In this document: piece after piece, positions 44,069-56,800 of the stretch | Position numbering within the stretch: the stretch's first letter is position 1 | How the letters are laid out: the number at the start of each line of letters is the position of its first letter | Assembly (NCBI GenBank): GCA_047495785.1 | Contig: JBLDXI010000009.1 | Span: forward strand, 930,001-994,000 | Direction of reading: 5' to 3' | DNA from: Lepidodermella squamata | Lineage: Eukaryota > Animalia > Gastrotricha | DNA: 64,000 nucleotides | Position numbers and translations under genes: made by a program | Notes under the pieces: generated by a model | The model's input: the letters and a program-made list of their open reading frames with translations, nothing else | Told to the model about the DNA's origin: nothing | Database searches by the model: none

Positions 44069-44795
44069 CAGAGGTCAGAGAGGTATCCAACTAAACAGGT
44101 GGCGATTCTGAGGTTCCGATCATATAAAGATCATTTTTCGACAAATTTCTAAGCAAAACTTCAAGTGATAAAATAGACGTTCAAGTAAAAAAAGGAGACA
44201 AGCAATGACTGCTGTCGACGTCGCAAATCCGACAATTATCTGTCACAACAACGAATAAACCAGCTGATGCACACGAGCCATGTGATGATGATAGAAAATC
44301 TGCATGGCGTCGCAGAAAATAGAGATTGTAGAGAATAATAAATGTCGGATCTAACAAACTGAAACAGGCGCGCGTCCGTTTTGGAGAGCTGCGAACAAAG
44401 GAGGGAGATGTTTTGATCAACACAATAAGTCGATAGAAAAAAACAACGACAAACAAGCTCAGGCAGGGCGCGTGCCCCGCACCAGTTGAGTGAACTTTCG
44501 AATTTTGTGAATAACACATGTGCAGCGGCGGCGGCATCGATGTTTATAATTTGTTGCAACGATACATGGCCGAAAATTTGTTGGCTGGCCAACAAATTTG
44601 AAGTACGAAATGGCGCCGGAGCAACGGCGGCGGCAAGCGTGGAGCAGATGCTGTCGTTGCTGCCCGCAATAGCCCTCGTCCACAGCACGGCGCCGACCTT
44701 GGCTACCTGTGCCGGTGCCGCTGTCCGGCGTGTCGTCGCCGCTATTTAAGCCGTACGCTCGGTTTATACCTTAAACCACTCATCGTGAAGAATCA

Positions 44796-44840
44796 TCGTA
44801 GTAGCAGTAGTAGTCGTAGTAGTAGTAGTAGTAATCGTAG
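44796..44840. repeat. (TAG/CGTAG)n microsatellite
   Basis: cgtagtagcagtagtagtcgtagtagtagtagtagtaatcgtag. Confidence 0.85.
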
Positions 44841-45740
44841 GCATGTGGTCTGCTGTGCCAAGTACGCGCGCGGTAAAAAAGATAATGCAACAAATGGGCA
44901 CTAGCTGCTATGCTGCGGTAGGCCAGTATATCTGACCATACCTGCGTCAACGAAAACGTGCAACGCGCCGAGTCGGAGTTTTTCGGCTGCTTGACGGCAG
45001 CTGCGGCTGCTGTAGCGGCGGCGACAAACACCCGCCGACCCGGCTAGTCGACATAAAATAATAAAGATACGACGTGATGCAGTCCACTTGAATGCAAAAA
45101 ACGACGGCGATGCGCCGAGAGAGGAGATATGGAGGCATATAATGATGTAATATATTATAACAAAATATGAAAGAAACGGCCCAGTCGCCATCGGCCGTGC
45201 GATAAATATAAAAAGGTAGTGTATTACAATAGAACGATAATTATACCGTGTTTTTTTCTTCTTAAAACGACGATGATGGTGGACGAAGGCCATCACGTAT
45301 TATTAACACGGCGCATTGATGATGACTTAGCTCCTGCCTACCTGGGCAATAAAAAAGTAATAAATGCCGAAGTCACTACGTGACCGCAGTTGACAAGGCC
45401 GTCGACGGCGATAATGGCGGTCGAGCTATTTTTTCTTGACATTACGCCCACAGAGGCAGAAGGCGAAAGGTGAAAAAACATATCAGGCCTTTTCATTTGC
45501 TGCATGGACACTGCCAACCTGGATGGCAGCTGCGAAATCAGGTAGGAGAAATCTTAGAGCCGCCGCCACTTGCGCAAATCGGGAGGAAATGCAGGACAAG
45601 CCATGTAATATAATATTGGATCTTATGTTTGTTGAATTAGAACAGCTCTTACAGACCAAGGGAAGGCCAATTGCATATCAAAAGATAAGAGTTATGCTTG
45701 GTTAGCACTACGCAGTGATAAGCGCGAATTTTTGAATGTC

Positions 45741-45772
45741 GATGATGATGATGATGATGATAATGATGATGA
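45741..45772. repeat. (GAT)n microsatellite
   Basis: gatgatgatgatgatgatgataatgatgatga. Confidence 0.9.
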
Positions 45773-47450
45773 CCGAAGGAACTCAGGAATCGATAAATAG
45801 CCGAACGAACTGCTCGCGCTTAGAAAGCCTACTACTGCTCGGTGTCGCATTTTCTTTCGCGCAGCCAACGCGCCTATGTCAAGCTATTATTATTATTGCT
45901 ATTACTACTGCGATAAAATTTTGTGATAATGTGGCTTGATGTGGCATCGCGGCTTCATTTTCTCGTGCAGAAGAGCGCGGCGCTGTCACTCTGCGAGCGT
46001 CTTCTCTTGCCGCCTTGTTTTCCGTCCGCCTCGCCGTTGTCACAGCAATTCACTGTCGAGGAAAAACATCGTCGACCGTATACTGCTGCGACCACGACGG
46101 CATCGTGTATACGCCGAACAAGTCTCTGAGTGGTACCGTTCACCACCCATCATAAACAGCTGCTGCTGTGCCTCGACCAAGTAATAGCAGAGCACATATA
46201 CGAAGTACGTCGTACATTGCTCAACGATGATAACAATAAAGCGGGAAGAAAAACGGCAACCGTCAAAACATGAGATAGAATGATGGAAGCGTCTCGGCGT
46301 TTCATCTTAGTACTGTCATAATAATGTCTGCGGTTTTAGCTGCTGGGTCCGGCCGCTTCCCGGATGTCGCGTTACGGTAGGCCATCACACACTACGTATT
46401 TTCGCTCCTGTTCTTGTCGACGCGAGCGCGGGGCGAATGCTGCCGACGCTGGCAACAGCGCCGCGCCCGCCACTCCATCGCCGCCATCCATCTTCATCCA
46501 AGTGACAGTACCATTATTTGGGCGTACACCAATGAAAACACGCTCGCAGTAGTGGTAATGTCGCTCTGCCGCCGTGTGATGATGACAAGCGACAAGCAAG
46601 AAGAGAAGTTGACAGACATCAACTTGTTCTTGCCTCGTTCAACTCGGCGGGCGCGCTGCTGAGTATCTTTCACGTATACTGAACTGCGAATCAAGCATTA
46701 GACTGTGACTGCGCTCCCTATCATAACACACAGCGTTAATAGCAGTGATATGTATGTTCGGATTGGCGACGCAGCACAAACAGCTCCGTATCTATCCTCT
46801 CGTCAAAACTGTCGTCGTCGTCAGCCGTAATTATTATCATTTGGCGAGCCAACAAACGTGCTTTGACGTTAGAAATCACCATACACGCTCGTCAGCAGGT
46901 TGAGCAGCGCAGCCAGCCCCTCGTATTATAATTCGCGGGCTTGCGCATTGTCGGTTGGCGTGATGGATGAAAAACGTTCGCAGAAAATGCACGTTTTGTA
47001 TCCGCTGCTAATACACGCGAAAACGATAGTGTGGTGGCGACCGGCGACAGTTCGACATGATGTTTTGCGCGATACCAGACAGGTACCTATTCGCTATTAG
47101 CAGGCTATGCAGATGCCTTTTGTTATTATTGCTCCATTTGCTTGTCTAATAATGCGCCTACAGTAATAACGATTAGGTGTGCTGATGAGTTGGTCGTATG
47201 TAAATTTACGACAAACAACAATAACTCCTATATGTCGAGATGGCGAATTTAGTATAGGTATATTCCTTTTTACATTGATCTCCAGCCTTGACATGGAAAT
47301 AGCAAAAGGGTTCAAATGAGTTCGCATTTTTATTCTGATTAAATTTCGAGGAAAAGAATCATGCAATGTAGGAGGCGATATAACTGTCCAATATTCTGAA
47401 CTCCAGGAATTGAGATGTTCCAAGTCAAGAATCTACCAGCAAACTTTTCT

Positions 47451-48718
47451 TTATGCTGCTGAGGTCACGCCCAATTTCGCCAAGGCAACGCCACCGATTA
47501 CTTGACGGAGATCGACAAAAGCAGCGACCATATCAGAGAGTTGCAGCTTTTCTACCGCGCCGCGAGTGAGGCGATACTCCACATCGGCGAGGCGGCGAAC
47601 CAACGTCGCCAGGGCAGCTGGCGGAACGTCTACTCTCTCGACGAATGCATGAACTTCGCGGAGAAGATCGGGCAACGCGAAGCCTTTCATTCGTTGAAGT
47701 TCGCGAATGTCTGGAAATCGAATTAGAGATGCTAAAAATATCAGCTATAACGGAAGCTTCATACTTGTAGCATTGGTTGCAAAATCTTCGTTTAGTAACC
47801 AGCGCATTATGCACTCCACATCCCCTGGGCTGGGCTGACCTGCAACGCGGTAAACGACTTCCTCGTCAATTTTACTGTTGTCTTGCTTTTCTTCTTTGCT
47901 ACCCTGAACGTTACAAAAGCTTGAAAGAATGAACAAAATTCAAATTCAAAATACCATCACGACCATGTAAACACTCTGAAGCATGTTGATAGCGGCTCGC
48001 ATGTCACCTCGAGACAACTTGACAACAGCTGCGAGGCCGCTGTCGTCGATGTTCACGTTTTCACCGTCGGAAATGACACGAAGACGCATGCTCATGACTT
48101 CAGGATCAAGAGGGGCAAATCGAAATCGCATGCAACGCGATTGGAGCGCCGGAATGATTTTGTTGAGATAATTGCAAATAATACAGAATCGAGTTGATTC
48201 AGTGAACTTTTCGATAACTATGAACGTTAAAAAAATAACTCGCAATAAGAGATCGAGTCAGGTAACATTTGTTTACTTCGTCGCAAAGCCATTTGCGCAT
48301 CTTTCGTCATCGCATCTGCTTCATCTAGTATCACAAGTTTGCATTGCTGGGATCTAAATGTTAAAAAACCTCAAGACAATAAATATTCTCTGAATTTCAA
48401 GAAATACCTTCCAAAAACGCTCTTAAGTGAAGCGAATGTCAATATTTCCTCGCGAACAACTCCTATACCACGATCATCAGAAGCGTTCAACTCCAAAACT
48501 TGTGACCTCATTTCAGCAGCAGAATACAGCTGTTTAGCGATCGCCAAAATTGCCGATGTTTTACCTGTACCAGGTGGTCCGTAAAAAAGCAAATGAGGTA
48601 GCTTCTTTTCATCCAGAAACTTGGACAGTGTGGCAGTGATTTCCTTCTGGGACGCTAGTCCGTCGAGATTACTAGGTCGATATCGTTCGACCCATGGCAG
48701 CTTCATTTTGGTATCCAT
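47451..48718 (-). CDS. RFC5: Replication factor C subunit 5
   Basis: LPWVERYRP, LPHLLFYGPPGTGKTSAILA, LELNASDDRGIGVVR, LVILDEADAMTKDAQMALRR, IIPALQSRCMRFRF, LADVEYRL. Confidence 0.93.
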
Positions 48719-48859
48719 CTATATTAAAAAGGTTCTAATTTTTCAGAAGATCAATGCTTGTAAATTTTTTATTTTCAAACGGAAGTGATAATTTTAAAAT
48801 GACAGTGCGATATCAAACAGCATATTGTATAATAATAGGCAGAAAGGCCCTAGGTTAAG

Positions 48860-49798
48860 TCACTTAAAAGCGATGGAAGAATTTATCGACTGATTGCTTT
48901 TATCAAGAAATCGGCGTGAATCGTCAAGTGCCATAGTTGATGTAACATTCTGACTGGTGGAAAGATCAGATGCAGCCTGAAGAGTGCGCAAGGCCCATCG
49001 CTTGTTCGCTAACTTTTCATGCAGACGCCGATATTCAGCCACAATTGAGAGAAAGCTGGGATCTGCAGCCCGGTATGCTTCCAGCAGTTGTTCGCAGCGA
49101 TTATACGAAGCCACCGTCTGCTTCTCACAAATATCGAGCTCATCGCTGATTCTTCTGAGCGCGGGAACAGTATCACTGTTGTAGAGGTCGCTTTTCACGT
49201 GATGACAAACCAATTGCAGCTTAAGAAGTAATGTTCTTAGGCGCAAACAAAGCCCGCGGCAATACGAGTCGATCATGGGGGCTTTCAACGGTGAACTGCA
49301 CTTGGGCTCGGGCAGTAGAATTTCAGATAGCAAGCAAAGATTGTCACATGCATGCTTGATGAGAGAACACCGAAGATTCACCATAGAAAATGACAAACGC
49401 ATCTGACCCATCGCTAAGTGAAGATGGCTATCAATACGCGCCTTTTCAATAGCGCTGATGCTGCATTCTGAACCCATGTCAACGCAAAATGTTTCCAGTG
49501 ACTTTCTTAACGAAGCCGCTTTCTTTTCAATTTTGTCTTTTAGCCAAGTTAACTGCTCAGAAGTTAGGGGGCGTTCAGCTATCTGCGACTTGACCTGAGA
49601 TCGTGTGATTCCAAGCGGAGCATTCATTATATCTTCAGAGTCGCATATGCGTGAGGAAAGAATTGCGAAGTTCCAAGACCTTTTAAAAGAATCAATGAAG
49701 TCTTTTTCGAGGCCATCTTCCCTGCTGTTTGATAACTCTTCCGTAATAGTAAATAGGAAGCGAGATCGCAGAAAATTTATTGATACCGCGTGTTGCAT
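48860..49798 (-). CDS. HAUS4: Augmin subunit HAUS4 (N-terminus uncertain)
   Basis: LLLKLQLV...SDLYNSDTVPALRRI...LLEAYRAADPSFLSIVAEYRRLHEKLANKRWAL matches the recalled HAUS4 C-terminal motif (TYT...VHRLIR...FD.LV.EY..L.....NKRWAL). Confidence 0.8.
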   Translation of the reverse strand: MQHAVSINFLRSRFLFTITEELSNSREDGLEKDFIDSFKRSWNFAILSSRICDSEDIMNAPLGITRSQVKSQIAERPLTSEQLTWLKDKIEKKAASLRKSLETFCVDMGSECSISAIEKARIDSHLHLAMGQMRLSFSMVNLRCSLIKHACDNLCLLSEILLPEPKCSSPLKAPMIDSYCRGLCLRLRTLLLKLQLVCHHVKSDLYNSDTVPALRRISDELDICEKQTVASYNRCEQLLEAYRAADPSFLSIVAEYRRLHEKLANKRWALRTLQAASDLSTSQNVTSTMALDDSRRFLDKSNQSINSSIAFK

Positions 49799-51112
49799 AG
49801 TCGAATTTCTCTCAATATCTCGGATCTCGAGTGCGTCGACCGGCAGCGGGAAAATCTCGCTAGCAACCCTCCGAATCGTTAGGCTGGGTACGATATGTAG
49901 CGCGCGAAATTTCGAAAAATATCGTGACAGTTTTAATTCAAAAGATATTATTATCTACATTGTGCCCTGATATTTTTATTTATCGAAAATAATTCCCGGC
50001 TGTAGACAAAAGGGGCGCCCAATCTTTCCTTTTCGGCTTTCTTCCTGGAAGGCTTGCAGTTTAGCCAGCAAGGGTTCTGGTTCCCGGAAGGACTTGTAGT
50101 CGAAGGTAATAGGTAGTAAGTAGTAATTCCCAAATTCGAAAGCGAAAGGTATGCAGCACGCAGCACCTTAGCGCTATCGCTGCTTTAATGACCTGTAAAG
50201 CAAGGAGCCGTTGAACCGTTTTTTTTCTGCAAATGCTGGAATTTTTCAGCTCAGATTTATAGACTTGCGGTTTTACATGAAAACTCACGATTTGCGTTTG
50301 AATTGATCGACAAGCAGTAAGCGGTGGTAACAAAAGTTGCTCTTGCAGCTTGCGGTACTCAGATATTAGAGGCTATTGATTCCTCAGCTTTGAGTCCTTC
50401 AACCTTCAATCTTGCATCGGAGTTGATTTTTGACCTACGACCTAGACATTTTCTCCGACCTCTTTCTACTTCCAATTTACGAGAAAGCCATACATTGTCG
50501 GAAGTTTGCCAGGAAGAGTTTGTATTTCGCAGGTCTTGGCAGAATTACTGTGACGCCTTCGAGGGTCTGTAATCTGAAGATAATCTGAAGATGACCACTC
50601 TAATCGACACGTATCTGCTATCTGCAGGCCGCATCCCTTTGGCTGTCTGCTATCTGCTGAAAGTGTCATCCGACATCGGAACCACAATCATCGACCTAAG
50701 TATGTTTTACGATCGCAGAAATGCTTCTTCGATGCCGTTGGCCTGGGCGAGTATCATCAGGGATTCGTTTCGATCCTTGTTTACGTGGCTTGGGATAAGC
50801 TCGCCATTGCTTATTACACGCCAGTCATATATTGTATAATTTTGATGCGCTCGCGAAGATTGATAGTAGTCCACATAGATGATAGATGGTGACGTAATCA
50901 AAGTGAAATATGGTTGAAATATTTTATAATTTTGAGGGAGACAAATGTCAGCAACAGGAAATTGTCTTGAAAGGTACCCCAAACCCCAAACAGAAGCATT
51001 CTATCATACCCATAACCCATAACCCAGCTTTTTGATTCCGCCGAATTTCTAATTATTAATTGATGTTTTATTTGGATAGTTTTGTAATATTTTCTGTAAG
51101 TATTACTGAGAG

Positions 51113-52410
51113 ATGAAACTGAACGGCCGCGCTGTCTATTCGGTTCTGCGTGACTTGAATCGCGCTTTCTCAACTTCATCGCAGGTTAAATTACCTATTC
51201 AATGCATTTTAAAAATTTTAAATCATTTCGCTTTCAGAGGAGTACCCGAGTCGCTCTATTGGGAGCTGCTGGTGGCATCGGACAGCCTCTTGGTTTGCTT
51301 TTGAAGCAGTCACCTCTTATCACTCAGCTAGCACTCTATGATATTGGTGCGTAAAATTTTTGTATCTCTTTGTACGTCTCTACTGACCATTCTCTCATAG
51401 CTAACGCTCAAGGCGTCGCGGCTGATATCAGTCACGTGAACACAAAGGCGAAAGTAACAGGCTTTACCGGTGCTGAGAACTTGAAGGCCGCACTTGCTGG
51501 TGCTGAGCTTGTATTGATTCCAGCTGGTGTACCTCGCAAACCTGGCATGACTCGCGACGATTTGTTCAATACTAATGCCGGTATTGTGCGTGATCTTTGT
51601 GATGCTGCGGCCCAGGTTTGCCCTAAAGCTATCATCGCAATTATTACGAACCCTGTCAACTCGACGGTGCCCATTGCAAGTGAGGTATTCAAACGTCGTG
51701 GCGTTTACGATGAGCGCAAAATATTCGGCGTGACAAGCCTTGATATTGTGCGTGCAAATACGTTCATCGCTGAAGCTAAAGGTCTTGACGTCAGCAAAGT
51801 TAACGTCCCGGTTATTGGCGGTCACTCTGACACCACCATGATCCCAGTCATCTCTCAGGCTACCCCTAGCGTTTCATTCCCTCCGGTAAGTACAATCTTT
51901 TGTTTGCTGACTTTGAGCTAAAGGTTATGATCAACAGGAGGAGCGTAAGAAAATCACTTCTAAGATTCAGAATGCAGGAACTGAAGTCGTCAAGGCGAAG
52001 GCCGGCGCTGGTTCGGCTACACTGTCGATGGCATTTGCTGCCTACCGGTTTGCCGGCTCCATGTTGGAAGCATTGAATGGCGCCAGCGGAGTAGTTGAAT
52101 GTGCTTTCGTCAAATCTGATGTTACAGTTAGTTCGACAGTTTTTGAGTACTTTCGTTGTAATCTTCAACGCTTTGAATCACAGGAAGCCAAGTACTTCGC
52201 AACGCCCCTGCTCCTCGGTGTATGAATTTAACTTGAGTTTTTTTTACACCATGTCATGTCATTTTCTTCATTTAGCGTCAAGGTTTGGAAAAGAACTTGG
52301 GCATTGGAAAGTTGAACGACTACGAAAACTCCCTTTTGCCCAAGGCCATGGAGGAATTGCTGAAGAACATCAAGGCCGGTGAAGAATTCGTCCAGAAAAC
52401 TCTGAAGTAA
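51113..52410 (+). CDS. MDH2: Malate dehydrogenase, mitochondrial
   Basis: Presequence [82 protein letters not shown]; five introns. Confidence 0.97.
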
Positions 52411-52970
52411 AGGAGTTCAAAGCGTTGGGCGAGTCACTTTTTAAATCTTTTAAATCTACTATGGACCATTTGGCGTTGCGAAATGACAAACCTTATACAT
52501 ACTTCAAATTTATGCCTAACGTTATTAAATTTATCGATATATTGGAAGTTAATCCGAATTATTCATCAAACCTCATATTTTCGCAACGTCGTGTCTGCCC
52601 TCTTCCTGTGTTAGCGACACGTAAATAATAAAAGATGACGATTCGATGCCCGATAAATAGGCGAAAAATTGTTACTAAACATCGCAAATGATAGTTATGC
52701 GAGTATGTTATGTAAGCTCTGAGTATCAAAGAGCGTTTCGTGTTTTCCCGTGTTCATCGTGCGTGCTTAATTGATAAAACAGACCTGTTTTTGACAGGAT
52801 AAATCGTATCAAATACATAATTATTGTAACACAAAATCCCGAGTTTCAAAACATGGTCGTGTAACAGCTTATTATCATTTCAATTGCGTACCCTTCGTTC
52901 AACTAAGATGGAGATTTTTCAGTTGAATCCAATAAACCGGATGAGTGAATGTATTTTTTTCATATTAGAA

Positions 52971-53695
52971 ATGGTTCTTAAATGTGTTTTGAAGCTGTCG
53001 GAGGAGAAGTACGACAAACTAATAGCAACTATCGCTACGTTTGATAAAAAGCTAGCTGAAAGTGTGAAGGATGTTGCATTTGTTGGCGATAATAAGGTCA
53101 TGCATGTCCCCAGCGATTTGCTGCTTCGATTGAGGTCAAATACATGCGTCCACAATTTCATCGAACCTTCATCCCTAGATATAATCGACATCACAAAACC
53201 GGCTGAAAAGGTAGCAACACAAGAAATCAATTGAAAGTTTTAATAGCTGTATATAATCTTAGAACCCTGAGCTTGCAGCGAGGCTCGTAAAGCTGCGTCA
53301 TCAAGAGGAACAGCGATTGTACAACGAGATGGTTTCTAATATTACGAAACCGGCAGATGACCGGGTTGCGGAAGAATCCATGTCTAAAGACCGTAATTTT
53401 TCATGCTTTGTAAGATATAATTTACATATTGGTTTAATTCAGTTAAATTCATCGATCGTCAAATAATTGGAGTTGTCAACTTTGTTCTAACTGTGGCTGG
53501 CGCAGCGGCATTCGGATACAAGGCGCCCGAGTTGTTGTGGGGTTTCGAAGAGCAGTTACCGGTAGGAAAATTGTCAAGTTTTGAAATGCTTTATGAGCAA
53601 TAATTTTTATTTTGCAGCGGATATTTTTTGCGGTTTTCTGCGGTGCAATCGTATTTATTGCAGATATTTATTTCATGATTATTCGAGGGGTTTGA
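52971..53695 (+). CDS. TMEM199: V-ATPase assembly factor Vma12/TMEM199
   Basis: K|NPELAARLVKLRHQEEQRLYNEMVSNI, RQIIGVVNFVLTVAGAAAFGY, VFIADIYFMI; alternative in-frame ATG at 52908. Confidence 0.87.
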
Positions 53696-53802
53696 TTGAC
53701 GAATCCATGTCTTGCAGTAAATTTTAATAATTGCCTGTTTTTATCAGCAAATAAAATAATTAGTTGTCATTTCTGCTGATCAAATTTAGAGATTATTATG
53801 AG

Positions 53803-56800
53803 ATGAGTAATTATCGCGGCCGAGGGAGAAGAGAAAATGGTGCCAATGCGAGCACTGGCCGTTATTTTCATCATGAATTTTCCCAACCTCGAGTGAGCAA
53901 TCGAGGGGATTACCATTCTCAGCATTCGGCAGGTAGAACTAACTGGCGAAACGATCGAGATTTCGCGTCAACATCCAACAATAGCGCAACAGCTCGAACT
54001 TCATCGAGTCATTCAGTGAGAGCTGAACCCTTCTACCAGCAACCCCACTTCGTTCAACCGATCCAGCCGAATCCTCCGCCTCTTCTATCCGACTACGATC
54101 CACCTGTGCGGCCCGGACCGAATGCAACTCGGCGACCACCCGGTGCATCACCTGTGCGGAAGTTGCGAACAAACGGAGCGTCTGCTGTTGACAAATCACC
54201 GCCTGGAACATCCACGGGAGGATCGCACGATGCTGAAGTAGCGAAAAGGAAAGCTTTCGACGCCAAACGCCTTAAAACCCATTCCGAGTCCGACGCCGAT
54301 AACCAACACATATTTTTTAGCGAAGATGACGACGCTCCAGTCACTGGCACATCAGAGGTGAAGAGCGGAATGGAACTTGCGGCCGAAAAAACCAAGCTAC
54401 ACCTCGCCGATGTTGACAATGAGTTGTTGACAGTTGATGCCGAAATATCTCGCTTGCAGGCCAAACGTGAGCAATTGTTGAAGCAACGTTCCAGTCTGAA
54501 CGATATTTTGTCCTCAATGATCGGAGGTGCATCGAAGCCAGCCGAGACTGCCAGTCGGTCGCAAACACCTTCGACGAGAATGCCATCGGCCTCGCCAAAA
54601 ATAGTAGAACCCTCCGCGGTCAAGCGACCTCACAGTAACTCTTCGGCTGGAACCTCCTCACGCCCTGAACTTCAGTGTCCTGAGGTGTCCACCCATTCCC
54701 CTGCCCCAGTTTCACCGGAGCCAGAACCACCCCTTCCAGTAAAGACTACGAAGAGAAAACAAGGGGCATCAGTGTCGGAAACACCTGTTCAATCTTCCTC
54801 TCAGTCGTCGTCACTCACCCGACCGAATAGTTTGAACGCCCAAGCAGTTGCACCTGTTGCTCAGCTAGAGCCTAACCCGCGGACGATTACCGGCACACTC
54901 CACCTTGCTTTCCGTGATGTCGACAGCGGATATAGTTCCCGAAGCGTCGATGACGACTCTTTGATAGTCACCTGTTTCGTGGGTGTTGTAAATGACCCTA
55001 ATTTGCTACTCATCGGCAATAAATCCGGTCATGTGTGCAAATACAGCATCCAGACCCAACAGGTTCTGCGGAAGGAATTTATCTTTCGTAAACCTGTTAC
55101 TGCCATATGCGGGATTCAAGGAGGCTCTGCTGATTCAAGCGAAGAATTGCGAGTTTTTGTTGGTTCTTCAGATGGAGACTATCGTTGCTACAATGGGACA
55201 TTGTCGGAAGTAATATCATCGACAAGATTCGGCTGGGGCGTTTGCTGCATCAAATATCTTCATAATCACGTTTACATAGGCATTGGAGTAAGTTATTTAT
55301 ACAATTCTATAGCTTGTTTAATGTTTTCTTGTTCTCTCGTAGAACGGATTGATTAGCATAATTTGCCCCAAGCGTAAGAATTGCCCTTTCAGACAGCCAT
55401 TTGGTGTTAATTGTCATTCATTTCATAGGTGGAGTTGTTTTGGAGAGATTCTCCGCTGGATGCGCCTTTGTCTACGATCTTGAGGCACTTCAGGAATCGG
55501 CGCGTGATACCATAGTGTGTGCCCTCAAAGCTATTGATTCACTCGCGGTCAGAGATGCCAGGTTTGTTAACGCACAGTACTTCGTTATATTGTCTCGTTA
55601 AACGGTCAGTCTATGGTAATATTACTACGCTTGTTTTTTAATGCGCGATTATCACGTGAGCTTCACGCTCCCAAGCTAAAAGAACACAGTTTTTTGCCAC
55701 AGGCATGTTGTTTTCATCACATCGCGCTAAATATATTAGGCTTAGGCTTTTACGTAATGAGTAATGGAAAAGTATTACGCTACCTTTGCGGTATTTATTA
55801 GGTCTACGCTATCAAAAAATATACACGTCAGTGCTTTGAATGGTCTAGCTGTAGATATTCATCTTTTGATTTGGAAGTAGCCTAGATCAGGACAGAATTT
55901 ATAATGCTGAAGTGTGCACACTTTTATTCCTATATAATATTATGCAGCTCGGGTATTGCGTTGTATTATCGTCGGCTTTCAGTGTACAGAAAAGAATCGG
56001 CGAGATGCGTGTAGTTTTTTGCCACTCACATCGCGATTCTGTGCCTGTGTATTGCAAACTGTAGATTAGAACGAAAATTATTATTGATTTTTCGGCTTTT
56101 TCTCCCCAAAAAAGACACACTAGCTTGATCGTCATCATGATCAGAATTATATACCTCCATTGCATGACTTGTTGTTTTACCCTTTGCTCTGCACCTCCCC
56201 AGTGATGGCCTGCATTTGCGAAATATCGAACTGCCACGGCTTTCATCATTTTTTAATGAAGCCGGCTCGTCCTCGGTGCCGAGCGCGAAACAAGTGAACT
56301 CTCCATCATCCCCGCTGGCATGCACAAATTTGGCGAGTGCTGGCGGGTTTATATTCGGGTGTCAGGTAAATTTAATGGCTAATACGTACAAGCTGAGAAA
56401 TTTGCATACCTTCGAACCAGGCTAATGGACAGGTTTTCGCTGTCGCTCCTGGCAGCAAAAAAGCTACCACAGTAGCTAATCTCGATTGCCGTCCGATGGC
56501 CTTATCTGTTATAGGTTTCAACGCCTCTAACGGGATATACATAGCTGTAATAACAGCTGATTCAATTGTTCGAGTGTTCTTGGTTTCCTCTTCGATGCCA
56601 ATTGGGGCGAACTCTTCGAAGAAGAAGTCCGGCGGGAAGGCGAAACAATTCAGCTCTCGAATGTCTTCCAGCTCAGAAGACGAATCGGACCAAAGTAGAG
56701 CTCAGGTCAGCTTTCATCAAGTATTCCACTCTACGATGGCTCAAAAAGGCTGGTCACTGTATAATGCAGCAATGACATCTTCTGGCTTGGTTTGCTTTAT

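Noticed and set aside
47180-47225. CTGATGA followed by a hairpin, as a hammerhead ribozyme or SECIS
   Set aside because: There is no GAAA after stem II and no GA quartet partner; no in-frame UGA selenoprotein was found nearby despite PSTK being present.
44181-47423. Many overlapping short ORFs
   Set aside because: Explained by GC-rich triplet repeats that lack stops; the translations are low-complexity.
50061-51100. Several 70-95 aa ORFs on both strands between HAUS4 and MDH2
   Set aside because: No homology cues or coherent splice pattern; the region contains short local duplications typical of non-coding DNA.
55736-55749. TTAGGCTTAGGCTT (nematode-type telomeric hexamer) in the long intron, as a possible telomerase RNA template
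   Set aside because: It is the G-strand sequence on the host's sense strand, whereas a template would read CUAAGCCUAA. It is only ~2 units and forms part of a hairpin stem.
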